Counted from the stretch's first letter, positions 47,360 through 57,993 are shown. The stretch: DNA of 64,000 nt from an uncultured Fibrobacteria bacterium (GCA_963716395.1 OY970309.1:1504001-1568000); one strand, 5' to 3'. A program made the numbers and translations. The notes: generated by a model not told the origin, from the sequence alone.

Positions 47360-48613
47360 ATGGCGGCGAGTAAAGAGAAAGAGAAAAACGGTAAGCTCAA
47401 AGTGGTGCTGGCCTATTCCGGCGGGCTCGACACTTCGGTGATTATTCCCTGGCTGGTCGAAAACTACGACGCCGAAGTCATCGCCTTCGCGGCCGACATC
47501 GGCCAGGGTGCGGTCGAAGTCGAACCGCTCAAGAAAAAAGCCGTGGCCACGGGCGCCGCAAAATGCCATGTGCTCGATTTGCGCCGCGAGTTCCTCGAAG
47601 AATACGCCTGGCCCGTTCTCAAGGCCGGCGCGAAATATGAAGGCCAATACTTGCTCGGCACTTCCATGGCGCGGCCCCTCATCGCCAAGCACCAGGTTTT
47701 GATCGCCGAGAAAGAAGGCGCAACGGCCGTGTCGCATGGCGCCACGGGCAAGGGCAACGACCAGGTGCGCTTTGAACTCACCTATATGGCCATGAATCCC
47801 AGGCTGCAAATCATCGCGCCCTGGAAAGATCCCAAATGGCATATCCGTTCGCGCGAAGACGCCATCGAGTATGCCGAAGCACGCAAGATACCCCTCACGG
47901 TTTCCAAGCAAAAGATTTACAGCGAAGACGGCAATCTTTGGCATCTGTCGCATGAAGGCGGGGTGCTGGAACATCCCGACCGGGAAAACAATTACGAGAT
48001 GCTGCGCAACACGGTGACGCCCGAAAACGCCCCGGATCAGGCCGAATATGTCCGCATCGATTTTGAACGCGGCATTCCCGTGGCCGTCGACGGAAAGAAA
48101 CGCCAGGCCGTGGCGCTGCTCGAAGTCCTGAACGCCTTGGGCGGCAAACACGGCTGCGGCTTGGTCGACATGGTGGAAAACCGCCTGGTGGGTATGAAGT
48201 CCCGCGGGGTGTATGAAACCCCCGGCGGGTTCCTCTTGTACCGGGCCCACGAATTTCTGGAGCAGTTGGTTTTGGATCGCGACACCTTGGCATACAAACA
48301 GTCGGCGGCGCAGAAATACGCCCAACTGGTGTACGACGGCCTGTGGTTTACGCCCTTGCGCCAGGCCCTCGACGCCTTGGTCGACAAAACCCAAGAGGTG
48401 GTCACGGGCTCGGTGAAATTGAAGCTGTACAAAGGCAACGCTACGTTGGCGGGCATGGAAAGCCCTTTTTCACTTTATGATCCCGGCCTGGGCGGGTTCA
48501 GCGACGTCGAAACCTACAACCAACAGGACGCCAAGGGGTTTATCCGTTGCCTGGGGCTGCCGCTGAAGATGCGGTCGCTTTTGCTCGGAAAGAAAAGCCC
48601 CGTGCGCATCTGA
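47360..48613 (+). CDS. argG: Argininosuccinate synthase
   Basis: [52 protein letters not shown]. Confidence 0.97.
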   Translation: MAASKEKEKNGKLKVVLAYSGGLDTSVIIPWLVENYDAEVIAFAADIGQGAVEVEPLKKKAVATGAAKCHVLDLRREFLEEYAWPVLKAGAKYEGQYLLGTSMARPLIAKHQVLIAEKEGATAVSHGATGKGNDQVRFELTYMAMNPRLQIIAPWKDPKWHIRSREDAIEYAEARKIPLTVSKQKIYSEDGNLWHLSHEGGVLEHPDRENNYEMLRNTVTPENAPDQAEYVRIDFERGIPVAVDGKKRQAVALLEVLNALGGKHGCGLVDMVENRLVGMKSRGVYETPGGFLLYRAHEFLEQLVLDRDTLAYKQSAAQKYAQLVYDGLWFTPLRQALDALVDKTQEVVTGSVKLKLYKGNATLAGMESPFSLYDPGLGGFSDVETYNQQDAKGFIRCLGLPLKMRSLLLGKKSPVRI

Positions 48614-48619
48614 CCAGTC

Positions 48620-49321
48620 ATGGGGGCGGGAGTCGTTTTGGCCGCTGGCGGGCAGGGATCGCGTTTCGGCGGCCCGGTGCCCAAGCAATTTCTCGAAGTG
48701 CGTTCGGGCCGCCCCTTGTTTCGCTATGCATTGGAAATATTCCACGATTTGCCCGAAGTGGATTCCATCGCGCTGGTGCTGCCGCCGGATCGACTCGGGG
48801 ACTGGAAAAACTGGCGGGAAATGTTTCCCAAGCTGCGGTTTGCCGCCGGCGGTCCGGATCGCTGGGTTTCGGTGCGCAACGGGGTTGCGGCCCTGCCGGC
48901 CGCCGCCAATCCCATTCTCATCCATGATGCGGCGCGCCCGTTTATGCCGCGCAGCGTGGCGCGCCGCTGCCTGCAGGCGCTGCACGTGGGTAACACAGCC
49001 GTGACGGCGGCCCTGCCGGCCACCGACACGGTCAAAGAAATCGACGGACACAAAATCGCGCGCACGTTGGACCGCAGCCGCCTGGTGCTGGTGCAGACGC
49101 CGCAGGGGTTTCCCGCCGCCATGCTCAAGGCTCTGTACGCCCGCGATCTGCCGACCGCCAAACCCACCGACGAGGCGCAATTGGCCGAAGCGGCGGGGTT
49201 TCCGGTGGCCTGGGTGCCGGGCAACCGCTTGGGCCGTAAAATCACCGAACCCGAAGACTGGGAATGGGCCGAATGGGTGGCCGAGCGCCTCGAACTCGGT
49301 GAGATCACCCTGTATGATTAA
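48620..49321 (+). CDS. ispD: 2-C-methyl-D-erythritol 4-phosphate cytidylyltransferase
   Basis: AAGGQGSRFG..PKQF, LIHDAARP, QTPQGF, TDEA, KITEPED. Confidence 0.93.
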   Translation: MGAGVVLAAGGQGSRFGGPVPKQFLEVRSGRPLFRYALEIFHDLPEVDSIALVLPPDRLGDWKNWREMFPKLRFAAGGPDRWVSVRNGVAALPAAANPILIHDAARPFMPRSVARRCLQALHVGNTAVTAALPATDTVKEIDGHKIARTLDRSRLVLVQTPQGFPAAMLKALYARDLPTAKPTDEAQLAEAAGFPVAWVPGNRLGRKITEPEDWEWAEWVAERLELGEITLYD

Positions 49322-49802
49322 AGTCGGTCTGGGCCAGGACAGCCACCGCATTCAGGAGCCGGCGCAGGGCAAACCCTTGCTGCTGGGCGGAGTGCGTTTC
49401 GCAGAAACCTTCGCCCTGGAAGGCAACAGCGACTCGGATGTGGTGCTGCATGCCGTGACCAATGCCATCTCGGGCATCACAGGCAAACCCATCCTCGGGC
49501 CCGTGGCCGACGGCCTGTGCCGGGCCGGCGTCACCGACAGCGCCGCCTATCTCCGGGCGGCCCTGGACGACCTGAAATCTATCGGTTACCGTATCGTACA
49601 CGTTTCGATCTCCTTGGAGTGCCTGCGCCCGAAAATACTGCCCCGACTGTCCGAGCTGCGTGCCGGCTTGGCCGGGCTGTTGGGCGTTGCCGAAAGCGAC
49701 GTGGGCCTGACGGCGACAACAGGGGAAGGCCTCAGCGATTGCGGCCGGGGCTTGGGAATCCAGGCGTTGGTTGTGGTGACGGCCCAAGCAACGCCAGCTT
49801 GA
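49314..49802 (+). CDS. ispF: 2-C-methyl-D-erythritol 2,4-cyclodiphosphate synthase
   Basis: VGLGQDSH, LLLGGV, NSDSDVVLHA, ATTGEGL; overlaps ispD. Confidence 0.9.
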   Translation: MIKVGLGQDSHRIQEPAQGKPLLLGGVRFAETFALEGNSDSDVVLHAVTNAISGITGKPILGPVADGLCRAGVTDSAAYLRAALDDLKSIGYRIVHVSISLECLRPKILPRLSELRAGLAGLLGVAESDVGLTATTGEGLSDCGRGLGIQALVVVTAQATPA

Positions 49803-49819
49803 TATTTAGTTTTGCGGCC

Positions 49820-50506
49820 ATGTTAGCCATCATCACCATCTGCTTGTTGGGGGGAATCGCCTTTGCGGCTCTGGCCGTGATCCTGACGCGCAGCAAGGGA
49901 AACACCCTCAAGGATGTGCTCAATTCAGAGGCTTTTCGCAACCAGCCGCCGGAAAGCATGCAAATTGAAATCGACCGACTCCAAAATAAATTCAAGGCCA
50001 GCGCGCAAATTCCCGTGGTGGCTTTGTACGTGGTTTCGGCCTTGGTGGCCTTGGGTGTGCCCGTCCTGATGATTTCCAAGCAAAGCAATCCCGGCGGACA
50101 AACCTGCGACGAGGGCGAAGTCACCCTTTCCGGAATCATTCAAAAAAACACCGAAGGCAACGTATACCTTGTTCCCACCGATCTGCAAATCCAGCCCAGC
50201 GGATTTTTCAGCATCCCCCTGAGGAAAAGCGAAACGAAATGGGATTATAACATTCAAAGCGAACAATTCTCGCCGGTGACCCTGAACGTGGAATATGAAA
50301 AAAAGGAAAACCGGCTTTACGTCAATCTGAACAACGTGGCCGGCGACACCTTGCCGGTCGACGGCGCGGCCAACACGGCCCGGCTGCCGCGGCCGATTGA
50401 GTTGGCGCCCCTGCCCCACGACACGGTTATAAATCGCGTCACGATTTCATCAGAATCTGCTCCCGCCCTAGCCGGTCCGGCAGAACTGAAGCCGTTCACC
50501 CCATGA
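49820..50506 (+). CDS. Hypothetical protein with two TM helices and a C-terminal beta-rich domain
   Basis: ATG 49820 (MLAIITICLLGG), second TM IPVVALYVVSALVALGVPVLMI; ATGA overlap with next gene. Confidence 0.7.
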   Translation: MLAIITICLLGGIAFAALAVILTRSKGNTLKDVLNSEAFRNQPPESMQIEIDRLQNKFKASAQIPVVALYVVSALVALGVPVLMISKQSNPGGQTCDEGEVTLSGIIQKNTEGNVYLVPTDLQIQPSGFFSIPLRKSETKWDYNIQSEQFSPVTLNVEYEKKENRLYVNLNNVAGDTLPVDGAANTARLPRPIELAPLPHDTVINRVTISSESAPALAGPAELKPFTP

Positions 50507-51201
50507 CGCTTCGGCTGAAGGTTTCTTGCTTGGCGGCGTTTTGTTGGCTGTCGCCGTTGCCGGCGCAGAATTTGGCCAAACTGGTCAGCGTTTCCGGATC
50601 GGTGTATTGGTTCAATACCTCGGGAGAGCGTTCCAAACCCTGCCGGCAATGGCCGGTGCGCCTGATGCCGGCTACGGCGGTCGGCCCCGGCGACACGGTG
50701 GCGACCAAAACCGACGCCTTTGGCCAATACGCTTTTTACGGGGTACCCGCGGGAAATTACAAGTTGGAAATTTCGCGCGGCTTCGGCAGGGTTTTCCAGG
50801 AGCAGGTCAAAGTACCCCAAACCGTGGCGCCGATCGTCCTGCCTCCGCGCTTGCCGGCCGTGGCCGATTCCGTGAACCCAATCCGCGTGCATTCCGATTA
50901 CGAGGTGCTGGGGCCGAAACGCTATCGCTTCAAGCTGTGGACGGAAGTTCCTCCGGAATGGAAGGCGTTGGTGAGCAAGGTCGTCTATCACATGGACCAC
51001 CCTTCCTTCACCCAGAAGGAACTGTTCGGCACCGATCCGAAAATGGACTTTGAAGCGGATTACGTCGGATGGGGTTGCCTGGAAAAGGTTTCCGTGGAAG
51101 TGGTTTTTCCCCAGGATGTTTGGAATCTGACTTTTCCCTTTTGCGCCGACCTGCAGGCCAAAGCCGAGGCGAATCGCAAGGCCGAACCTCCGGTCAAATA
51201 G
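50503..51201 (+). CDS. Secreted protein: carboxypeptidase-regulatory-like beta sandwich plus prokaryotic YEATS domain
   Basis: Signal peptide; TKTDAFGQYAFYGVPAGNYKLEI; VSKVVYHMDHPSF...FEADYVGWGC. Confidence 0.75.
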   Translation: MTLRLKVSCLAAFCWLSPLPAQNLAKLVSVSGSVYWFNTSGERSKPCRQWPVRLMPATAVGPGDTVATKTDAFGQYAFYGVPAGNYKLEISRGFGRVFQEQVKVPQTVAPIVLPPRLPAVADSVNPIRVHSDYEVLGPKRYRFKLWTEVPPEWKALVSKVVYHMDHPSFTQKELFGTDPKMDFEADYVGWGCLEKVSVEVVFPQDVWNLTFPFCADLQAKAEANRKAEPPVK

Positions 51202-51629
51202 CCGCGTGCCGCGCCCTTCGGCCCCGGAATGACTTGTCCGACTCTCTCCGGATCAGATTGAAATTTTCGTTAGCCGTTGTGAAGCCCATGAAGAACTTCG
51301 GGCGGGCCGGATCCCTTTTGAGTCGCAGGAAGGATTTTGCTTACGGTTCGCAAAACATCGGTTGTAACGAATGTGAAAATATTTAAATCCTGTCTAGATC
51401 TCATCCCCCAAAGAGTTCAAGCGTATTTTCCAACATTCTTCTCAGCGCGACATTTCTTATGCCCGTCCATACCTTGGTATTACTTTTTCCAAGATATCAT
51501 GGCGCATAAGTGGAGAAATGAAACCGCATGGTTTTGCCTACAGCGGATTTCAAAAATATCGCTCCGCCGGAGGCGGAGAGAGCGACAAAGCAGCGTGAAG
51601 TCCGCAACCCGCAGACTCCCGGAGGATAT

Positions 51630-52478
51630 TTGAAATACGCGATTGTCTGGCTGGGAATTCTCGCCATGAATACGACTTTCGCCGACCCGGCCCCGCCTTT
51701 GTGGAATTGGCTGACCGATGATTTTGAAGTGTTGATGCACACCCATGGACAAATTTCCTTCGCCCCCTATGTGAACGGAGGCAGTCCGCGCAATCAGGGA
51801 GTACCCGGATACCGATCCGATTTTTACGCCTATGTCGATTTTTTTCAATGGAAAGGCTTTATTTCCAATTGGCTCATCGCCAACTCCACCGTTATCGACC
51901 GATCCGATTCCAACATGTTCCGGTTGGATCGCATTCGTTACACGCTGACCCCGGGATATCGCTACGAATTCAAAACCTGGATCATCAGTGGACTTTTTTT
52001 GCATGAATGCATTCATTCCATCGGCCGGGTCGATTCCCTGGGTTCGGTTTGGTGGAACAGCATTCAATTCGGATTCGGGAGCAAAGGCTCTTATCAACAA
52101 TTCCTGGTGGAGCGCTATCGCAACCCTTTTGGACGCATTTGGGAAAACTGGGATTATCAAATCAACGGCGGCGCCTTTTTATACGGGCACAAATCGGTGT
52201 GGCTCGCGCAAAATCAAGACTACCGTTACCAGGAATTTTCCCTGCTGCGTTATCATCTGGGGCGATGGGGAAAATGGGGGAGCTATGCCGATTTGAACCA
52301 AGCCCTGTGGGTTCGCGCCACCGGAGACGTGGAGCAAAAATGGACGGGCACCGTGAATTTGCTTCTCATGGGTGCGGATAATATCGCGGCGCTGTATTAC
52401 ACCTATAACTTTTACGACACGAACGCCCTGGATAACGAAGACAAACTCGGGGCCTTCGGGTTCAAAATCGTTTTCTGA
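51630..52478 (+). CDS. Hypothetical outer-membrane beta-barrel protein
   Basis: GGAGG then TTG start (uncertain; the ORF opens at 51528), signal peptide, aromatic-rich strands, terminal FGFKIVF. Confidence 0.65.
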   Translation: MKYAIVWLGILAMNTTFADPAPPLWNWLTDDFEVLMHTHGQISFAPYVNGGSPRNQGVPGYRSDFYAYVDFFQWKGFISNWLIANSTVIDRSDSNMFRLDRIRYTLTPGYRYEFKTWIISGLFLHECIHSIGRVDSLGSVWWNSIQFGFGSKGSYQQFLVERYRNPFGRIWENWDYQINGGAFLYGHKSVWLAQNQDYRYQEFSLLRYHLGRWGKWGSYADLNQALWVRATGDVEQKWTGTVNLLLMGADNIAALYYTYNFYDTNALDNEDKLGAFGFKIVF

Positions 52479-52515
52479 TCTTGGCGAACGCCGATTTTGG
52501 GCCTATTCCCGACAC

Positions 52516-53664
52516 TTAATCCCGCAAACGCAGTTTCGCCGCGGCCTCGACATGGCTGGTATGTGGAAAGAAATCGAACAGCCGCAAATCTTCCAGCGCG
52601 TACGGTCCGGCCAGCAGGGCTTTCAGGTCGCGCGCCAAGGTCACGGGGTTGCAGGAAACATAGATGATACGGGGAATGCGCGCTTCGCCAAGAAAGGCGC
52701 ACACCGCCGGAGCCAAGCCCTCGCGCGGCGGGTCGACCACGGCCGCGTCGGCCGCTTCGCGGCGCAACAAACCGACGCGATCGGCGGCGAGTTCTTCCAG
52801 GCGCCCGGCGAGGAAAACCGCGCCTTCCGCGCCCACATTGCGGCGGGCGTAGGGCAGCAGATCGATTTGCGACTCGACGCAAACCACCCGCGCGAAGGTC
52901 TCGCCGAGAAAGGCTCCGAACAATCCGGCACCGGCGTACAAATCGAGCGCGGTTTTTCCGGTCAACCCCGCCAGCACGAAGTCGAGCAGGCGCGGCAATA
53001 GGGCGAGATTGCTTTGAAAAAATCCGGTCACGGGAAAAACGAAAACCCGCCCCCGTACCCTGACTGCGACCTCGGCGCCGGGGTCGCGGTCGGCCCGCCA
53101 CAGTTGCGGCGACCCGTCGGCGCCTTCGCCGGCAAAGGCCGCAAAGCGTTCCGGCGCGCCGGCTTCGCAGCCGTGCGCGAACAAAGGCGCAAAGGCCGGA
53201 TGCGCTACGGGGCAATGCTTGGCGGCCACCAAGCCGTGCCCGCTGCGGCGCAAAAATCCCACGGCGCCGGAGCCGTCGGTATGTAATTGCAGACGATTCC
53301 GATACCCGAGCGCCGGGCCCGATTCGATACCCAGGTCGGGCCACTCGATTCCGCCGGTGCGACGCAAGGCGTCGCGGGCGATGTCGAGCTTGAATCCGAC
53401 CTGGGCGTTCGGATCTATGTGCTGCCAATCGCAGCCGCCGCAGGTTCCGAAGAGCGGGCAGGGCGGCGAAGCGCGCTGGGCCGACGGTTCCTCCACCCGT
53501 AGCAGGCGGGCGCGCCAAAAATCCTTGCGGGTTTCCGTTACCTCGGCCGCGACGATTTCACCGGGTAACACGCCGGGTACGAAGACCACGCGGCCGGCGT
53601 GTCGCGCCAGGCCTTCGCCGCCCGGCACGAGTTTTTCGATTTGCAGCGTCATGTGTTCCGCCAT
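52516..53664 (-). CDS. TRAM-domain RNA (uracil-5)-methyltransferase, RlmD/TrmA family
   Basis: CPLFGTCGGCDWQH, FFQSN, DLYAGAGLF, VDPPREGL, YVSCNPVTLARD, FFPHTSHVE. Confidence 0.92.
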   Translation of the reverse strand: MAEHMTLQIEKLVPGGEGLARHAGRVVFVPGVLPGEIVAAEVTETRKDFWRARLLRVEEPSAQRASPPCPLFGTCGGCDWQHIDPNAQVGFKLDIARDALRRTGGIEWPDLGIESGPALGYRNRLQLHTDGSGAVGFLRRSGHGLVAAKHCPVAHPAFAPLFAHGCEAGAPERFAAFAGEGADGSPQLWRADRDPGAEVAVRVRGRVFVFPVTGFFQSNLALLPRLLDFVLAGLTGKTALDLYAGAGLFGAFLGETFARVVCVESQIDLLPYARRNVGAEGAVFLAGRLEELAADRVGLLRREAADAAVVDPPREGLAPAVCAFLGEARIPRIIYVSCNPVTLARDLKALLAGPYALEDLRLFDFFPHTSHVEAAAKLRLRD

Positions 53665-53677
53665 GTAGACTTTCGGG

Positions 53678-56140
53678 TTACGGCCAGGGGTGGCGGGGAT
53701 AGCGCCGCTTCAGTTCTTTTTTGATTTCGGGATAGGTGTTCTGCCAGAACGAGGTCAGGTTCGCGGTTTTCTGCACGGTGCGGAAATTCGGGGCCAGAAT
53801 GTCGAACGACACCTCGACCCGGCCGCGCAGGATTTTAAAAGCGCCCTGCATGCCCAGCAAATCGCCCAGACGCGCCGACAACTCGGGCGGCGTGTTCTCG
53901 AAGTAGGTGATTTTGCCCGGGCGCCGCCCCGCGGGCAATTTCACCGACACGGGCGCTTCGCGTTCGAGAAAAGCCGTGAGCGCGGGGCCGAGATACTCCC
54001 GTAACACGGCCGATACCGAAACGTCGCGTACCTCCTGCGCCGATTTTTTCCCCGCGCAGATTTCATGGTACAGGAGATCCCAATCCTCCTCATCCAAGGC
54101 CGGCAAGCCCTGCTCGGGGCACACGCGCTGCGCGAGACGAATACGAAAGATCCATTGGCGGGCTTCGTCGTCGAGGGGCAATTCGATTTCGCCCCGGCGC
54201 AATTGCTCGGCCAAAAGCTCGCCGGCCTCGCGATGGCGCGGCCGGGAGGCCGCGCGTCGATCCAGTACCAGGTTGCGAAATACCAGGCGATCTTCGCGTA
54301 CCACCTTGCCTTGTTTGGCGTCGAATTCTTCTGCGGATTCCCAGCGGCATTCGTCCGGAAATTCGGCTTCGACCCCGGCCGATTCCAAGGGAAGAAAAAG
54401 CGGAAAAGAGGTTTGCCGAACCCGATCTTTGCCGCCTGACTCGTGGATTTCCAGGGCCAGGATCAGCTTCACCTCGGCGGGACAACCGGGCGCGAGGCCG
54501 CGCCGGCCGTCGGACAAGACGAACGATTGTCCGCCCGACCCGTCGCGGGCGGCCAGGCGATGCAGGTAAACCGGCAGGAAGAGTTTTCCCGCGCGGCTGC
54601 GCAGGGATTCCGCGGGGCGAGGAGCGGCGCGGCTTGCGGCGGCGGAAAGCCTGCGCAGAAACTGCTGGAAAGCCTCCGTAGCATCACGGTTACCGGCGGA
54701 TCCGGGGGCGCCGGCCAAGGTCTCGGCGCGCGCGAACAGATCGCCCGATTCTTCGCGGCCCCCCGCGGGCTTGGCGGCCGACAACACCGCGGCCATGGCC
54801 GCGATGTGACGGTGCAAATCGGGCTCGGGGAAAGCCGCCGCTGCGTGCAGCACACAGGCCAATTCCGGCGGTGCCGGCCAGGAGAGAAAAGCGCGGCCCA
54901 GGGGCGTGAGGCGGCCTTGGACGAGCGCCGCGATGCGGCGCAGTTTCTCGACCGCACGTTCCCACAGCCCGGTATCGGGGGGCGTGGGCCAAAGCCCGGC
55001 TGCCTGCGCGCGCCCGGGATCGTCGATCAAGGCGTGCACGGCCAGGGCGGCTTCGGAAAGCTCGACGCGCCGCACCTCGGGCAAAAGCGCGGGCGCCAGG
55101 CGCGCGTCGCGCTCGGCGTCCCATAGGCGAATACAAAGGCCCGGCGCCGTGCGGCCGGCGCGTCCCGCGCGCTGTACGGCATTGGCGGCCGCGATGGGTT
55201 GCACGTACAGCGTGTTGAGATCGCGCTCCGGATCATAGGCCGCCACGCGCTGCAATCCCGCGTCGATCACGGCGGTGATTCCGGGCACGGTGAGGGAGGT
55301 TTCGGCCACATTGGTGGTGAGCAGGATGGTCGGGCCTTGGAGCGGTGCGGCCAGGGCCCGCCGCTGTGCGTCCAGCGGCATGGAGCCGTGCAGCTCGCGC
55401 ACCACGAAGCCGGCGCCGCGGGCGAAGGCGTCCACGGCTTCGGCAGCCTGGCGGATTTCTCCGGCGCCGGGTAAAAACACCAGCGCCGATCCCGACCAAC
55501 CTTCCGCGGCCAGCGATTTCAGCGCGCGCGCGATTTGCAGCGGCAGATATTCGCGCAGGCGCGGCGGCTGGTGGCGGATGGCGACGGGAAAAACCCGGCC
55601 CGGCAAGGTCAAAATTCGGGCGTCGGGCAAATAGGCGCGCAAGTCGCCGACCTCCAAGGTGGCCGACATCACGAGCAGGCGTAAATCCGGCCGGGCGCCG
55701 CGCCGCAATTCGCGGCACCACAGCAAGGCCAAATCGGCTTCCCAGGCGCGTTCGTGGAATTCGTCGATCACCACGGTGTGCACGCCCGCCAGTTCCGGAT
55801 CGCGCAACAATCGCTGGCGGAAGGTACCGTAGGTTTGGAACAGGATGCGGGTGTCGGGCCCCGAGGCGTTTTCGAATCGCACCTGATAGCCCGCGGTTCG
55901 GCCCAGGGCTTCGCCCAATTCCTCGGCCACGCGCGCCGCCAGGGTTCGGGCCGCAATGCGGCGCGGTTGCAAAACCCAAACCTGCCCAGAGTGTTCGGAC
56001 ACGAAGCGCGGAACCTGGGTCGACTTGCCCGTGCCCGGCGGCGCGGATAAAACCAGACAGCCCGTCGCCGCCAGCGCCGCTTCGATTTCGGCGCGCGCCG
56101 CCGTCACCGGCAGGGTTCCGGCTTCGTTTTCGCCACGCAT
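53678..56140 (-). CDS. hrpB: ATP-dependent helicase HrpB
   Basis: APPGTGKST, QPRRIAAR, DEFHER, MSAT, TNVAETSLT, QRAGRAGR, C-terminal ELKRRYPRHPWP. Confidence 0.94.
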   Translation of the reverse strand: MRGENEAGTLPVTAARAEIEAALAATGCLVLSAPPGTGKSTQVPRFVSEHSGQVWVLQPRRIAARTLAARVAEELGEALGRTAGYQVRFENASGPDTRILFQTYGTFRQRLLRDPELAGVHTVVIDEFHERAWEADLALLWCRELRRGARPDLRLLVMSATLEVGDLRAYLPDARILTLPGRVFPVAIRHQPPRLREYLPLQIARALKSLAAEGWSGSALVFLPGAGEIRQAAEAVDAFARGAGFVVRELHGSMPLDAQRRALAAPLQGPTILLTTNVAETSLTVPGITAVIDAGLQRVAAYDPERDLNTLYVQPIAAANAVQRAGRAGRTAPGLCIRLWDAERDARLAPALLPEVRRVELSEAALAVHALIDDPGRAQAAGLWPTPPDTGLWERAVEKLRRIAALVQGRLTPLGRAFLSWPAPPELACVLHAAAAFPEPDLHRHIAAMAAVLSAAKPAGGREESGDLFARAETLAGAPGSAGNRDATEAFQQFLRRLSAAASRAAPRPAESLRSRAGKLFLPVYLHRLAARDGSGGQSFVLSDGRRGLAPGCPAEVKLILALEIHESGGKDRVRQTSFPLFLPLESAGVEAEFPDECRWESAEEFDAKQGKVVREDRLVFRNLVLDRRAASRPRHREAGELLAEQLRRGEIELPLDDEARQWIFRIRLAQRVCPEQGLPALDEEDWDLLYHEICAGKKSAQEVRDVSVSAVLREYLGPALTAFLEREAPVSVKLPAGRRPGKITYFENTPPELSARLGDLLGMQGAFKILRGRVEVSFDILAPNFRTVQKTANLTSFWQNTYPEIKKELKRRYPRHPWP

Positions 56141-56305
56141 GATCGGAAATGTACCCGCCGCGTCCCGGCTTCGATGGAAAGCCGGGCCAAGGCTTGAACT
56201 TTCACGTGAACCTGGCCCCGGTTCCGCGCTTGTCCCCTGCGCCGCCCTGTGGGATAATGAATTCCGGCGCCGCGCCACGGCACCCGGATTCAGGAGATCG
56301 CGCCC

Positions 56306-57073
56306 GTGGATATCACCACTTTTTTGGGTCCCATCATCGCCTTGTGCGGAATTCTGGGCGGCATGTTGCTCGAAGGTGGCCACATTGGATCGTTGATCCA
56401 GCCCACCGCCTTCATTATCGTGGGCGGCGGCACCCTCGGCGCGACCTTGGCGAGTTTTCCCCTCGAACACACCTTGGCGGCGCTGGGCGCCGTCAAGATG
56501 GCGTTGACACCGCCCAAGGCCGATCACGAAAAGGTGATCGGCGAACTCACCGAGCTGTGCCAGTTCGCGCGCAAAAACGGCATCATGGCGCTGGAAAGCA
56601 AAGCCAAGGCCCATCCCGACGCCTTCACCCGCAAGGGATTGTCGCTGGTGGTCGACGGCATCGATCCCGCCATGCTGCTTTCCATCATGGAGACGGAGGT
56701 GGAAACCTTTGAGGAACATGCCAAGCTGCCCATCGCGGTGTTCGAAGGGGCCGGCGCCTATGCGCCCACCATCGGCATCATCGGCGCCGTGCTGGGCCTG
56801 ATCCACGTGATGGAAAATCTCGACGACCCCTCCAAGCTGGGCAGCGGCATCGCCGTGGCCTTCGTGGCCACCATTTACGGATTGGTGATTGCCAACATCA
56901 TTTGCCTGCCCATCGGCAGCAAGCTCAAGCAGCGCGTAGCGCAAATGGTGCATGAACGCAACATGGTTCTTCAGGGCCTGATCGCGCTGCAGAACGGCGA
57001 GAACCCGCATTTCCTGTCGCAGCGTCTGCGCGCCTTTCTGGCCGAGCACAAAGAGGTGGAGCACAAGGAATGA
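56306..57073 (+). CDS. motA: Flagellar stator protein MotA
   Basis: ARKNGIMALE, YAPTIGIIGAVLGLIHVM, GIAVAFVATIYG, GENP. Confidence 0.95.
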   Translation: MDITTFLGPIIALCGILGGMLLEGGHIGSLIQPTAFIIVGGGTLGATLASFPLEHTLAALGAVKMALTPPKADHEKVIGELTELCQFARKNGIMALESKAKAHPDAFTRKGLSLVVDGIDPAMLLSIMETEVETFEEHAKLPIAVFEGAGAYAPTIGIIGAVLGLIHVMENLDDPSKLGSGIAVAFVATIYGLVIANIICLPIGSKLKQRVAQMVHERNMVLQGLIALQNGENPHFLSQRLRAFLAEHKEVEHKE

Positions 57074-57120
57074 CGTGTCGTTGGCGGTACCGCCCCGGCG
57101 CGGCGCACGGATAACGGCGC

Positions 57121-57993
57121 ATGGCGAAGAAGCACAAGCATCCCGAACACGCGAACCACGAGCGCTGGCTCGTTTCGTACGCCGATTTCATCACGCTGTT
57201 GTTCGCGACCTTTACGGCCCTGTACGCCTTGGGTCGATCCGACGCCGACAAGGCCAAGGCCGTCGCCGAGTCCATGCGTTATTACTTCGGCGCCGCCACC
57301 AACTCCATGGTGCCCAAGGCCGTGCTCAGCTATCTCGGTATTCCCGCCGATCGCACGCAGCCGCCTTCGGCCCGCATCGCGATGGTCGAGCCCAAAGAAC
57401 CCACCAAGGGCGCCGGCAAAGGAGATCTCGAAACCGCCAAGAACCAAATCGTGAATTACCTGATGACGCAAAAATTGCTGGGCAAGGTGCGGGTCGAACT
57501 CGACAAAGAAGGCCTGCACATCAGCCTCACCGAAGCCGGCTTTTTCCCCAGCGGGCAGGCCGAATTGCTGCCGGGATCGCGCGAGGCGCTGGCCAACATC
57601 GCCGCGCATTTGCGCTCGTTCACCAATCCCATCCGCGTCGAAGGGTATACCGACAACGTGCCCATCCATTCGCGCAGCTATCCGTCGAACTGGGAATTGT
57701 CTTCGGCGCGCGCGGCCTACGTGGTGCGGGTTTTAGCCCAAGACTACGGCATCTGGCCGGCCCGCTTGTCGGCGGTTGGTTACGGCGAGTATCACCCGGC
57801 GTTTTCCAACGCCACCGCCGCGGGACGCGCCCGCAACCGTCGTGTCGACATCGTGCTGCTCAGCGGCTCCGGTCCGGCGGGGCAACCCGGAACCGATAAT
57901 AGCGCCGACGCGACCTCGCCCGCCGCATCGCCGCCGTCGCCTTCGCCCTGGTCAACCGACGACAGTTCGGACGCGCCAGTCGGCGTTCCCTAA
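57121..57993 (+). CDS. motB: Flagellar stator protein MotB
   Basis: ERWLVSYADFITLLFA, VEGYTDN, SNWELSSARA, RARNRRVDI. Confidence 0.95.
   Translation: MAKKHKHPEHANHERWLVSYADFITLLFATFTALYALGRSDADKAKAVAESMRYYFGAATNSMVPKAVLSYLGIPADRTQPPSARIAMVEPKEPTKGAGKGDLETAKNQIVNYLMTQKLLGKVRVELDKEGLHISLTEAGFFPSGQAELLPGSREALANIAAHLRSFTNPIRVEGYTDNVPIHSRSYPSNWELSSARAAYVVRVLAQDYGIWPARLSAVGYGEYHPAFSNATAAGRARNRRVDIVLLSGSGPAGQPGTDNSADATSPAASPPSPSPWSTDDSSDAPVGVP

Noticed and set aside
53678-57064. 1128-aa ORF suggesting a giant HrpB fusion
   Set aside because: The extra N-terminus is antisense to motA; helicase homology begins near ATG 56140
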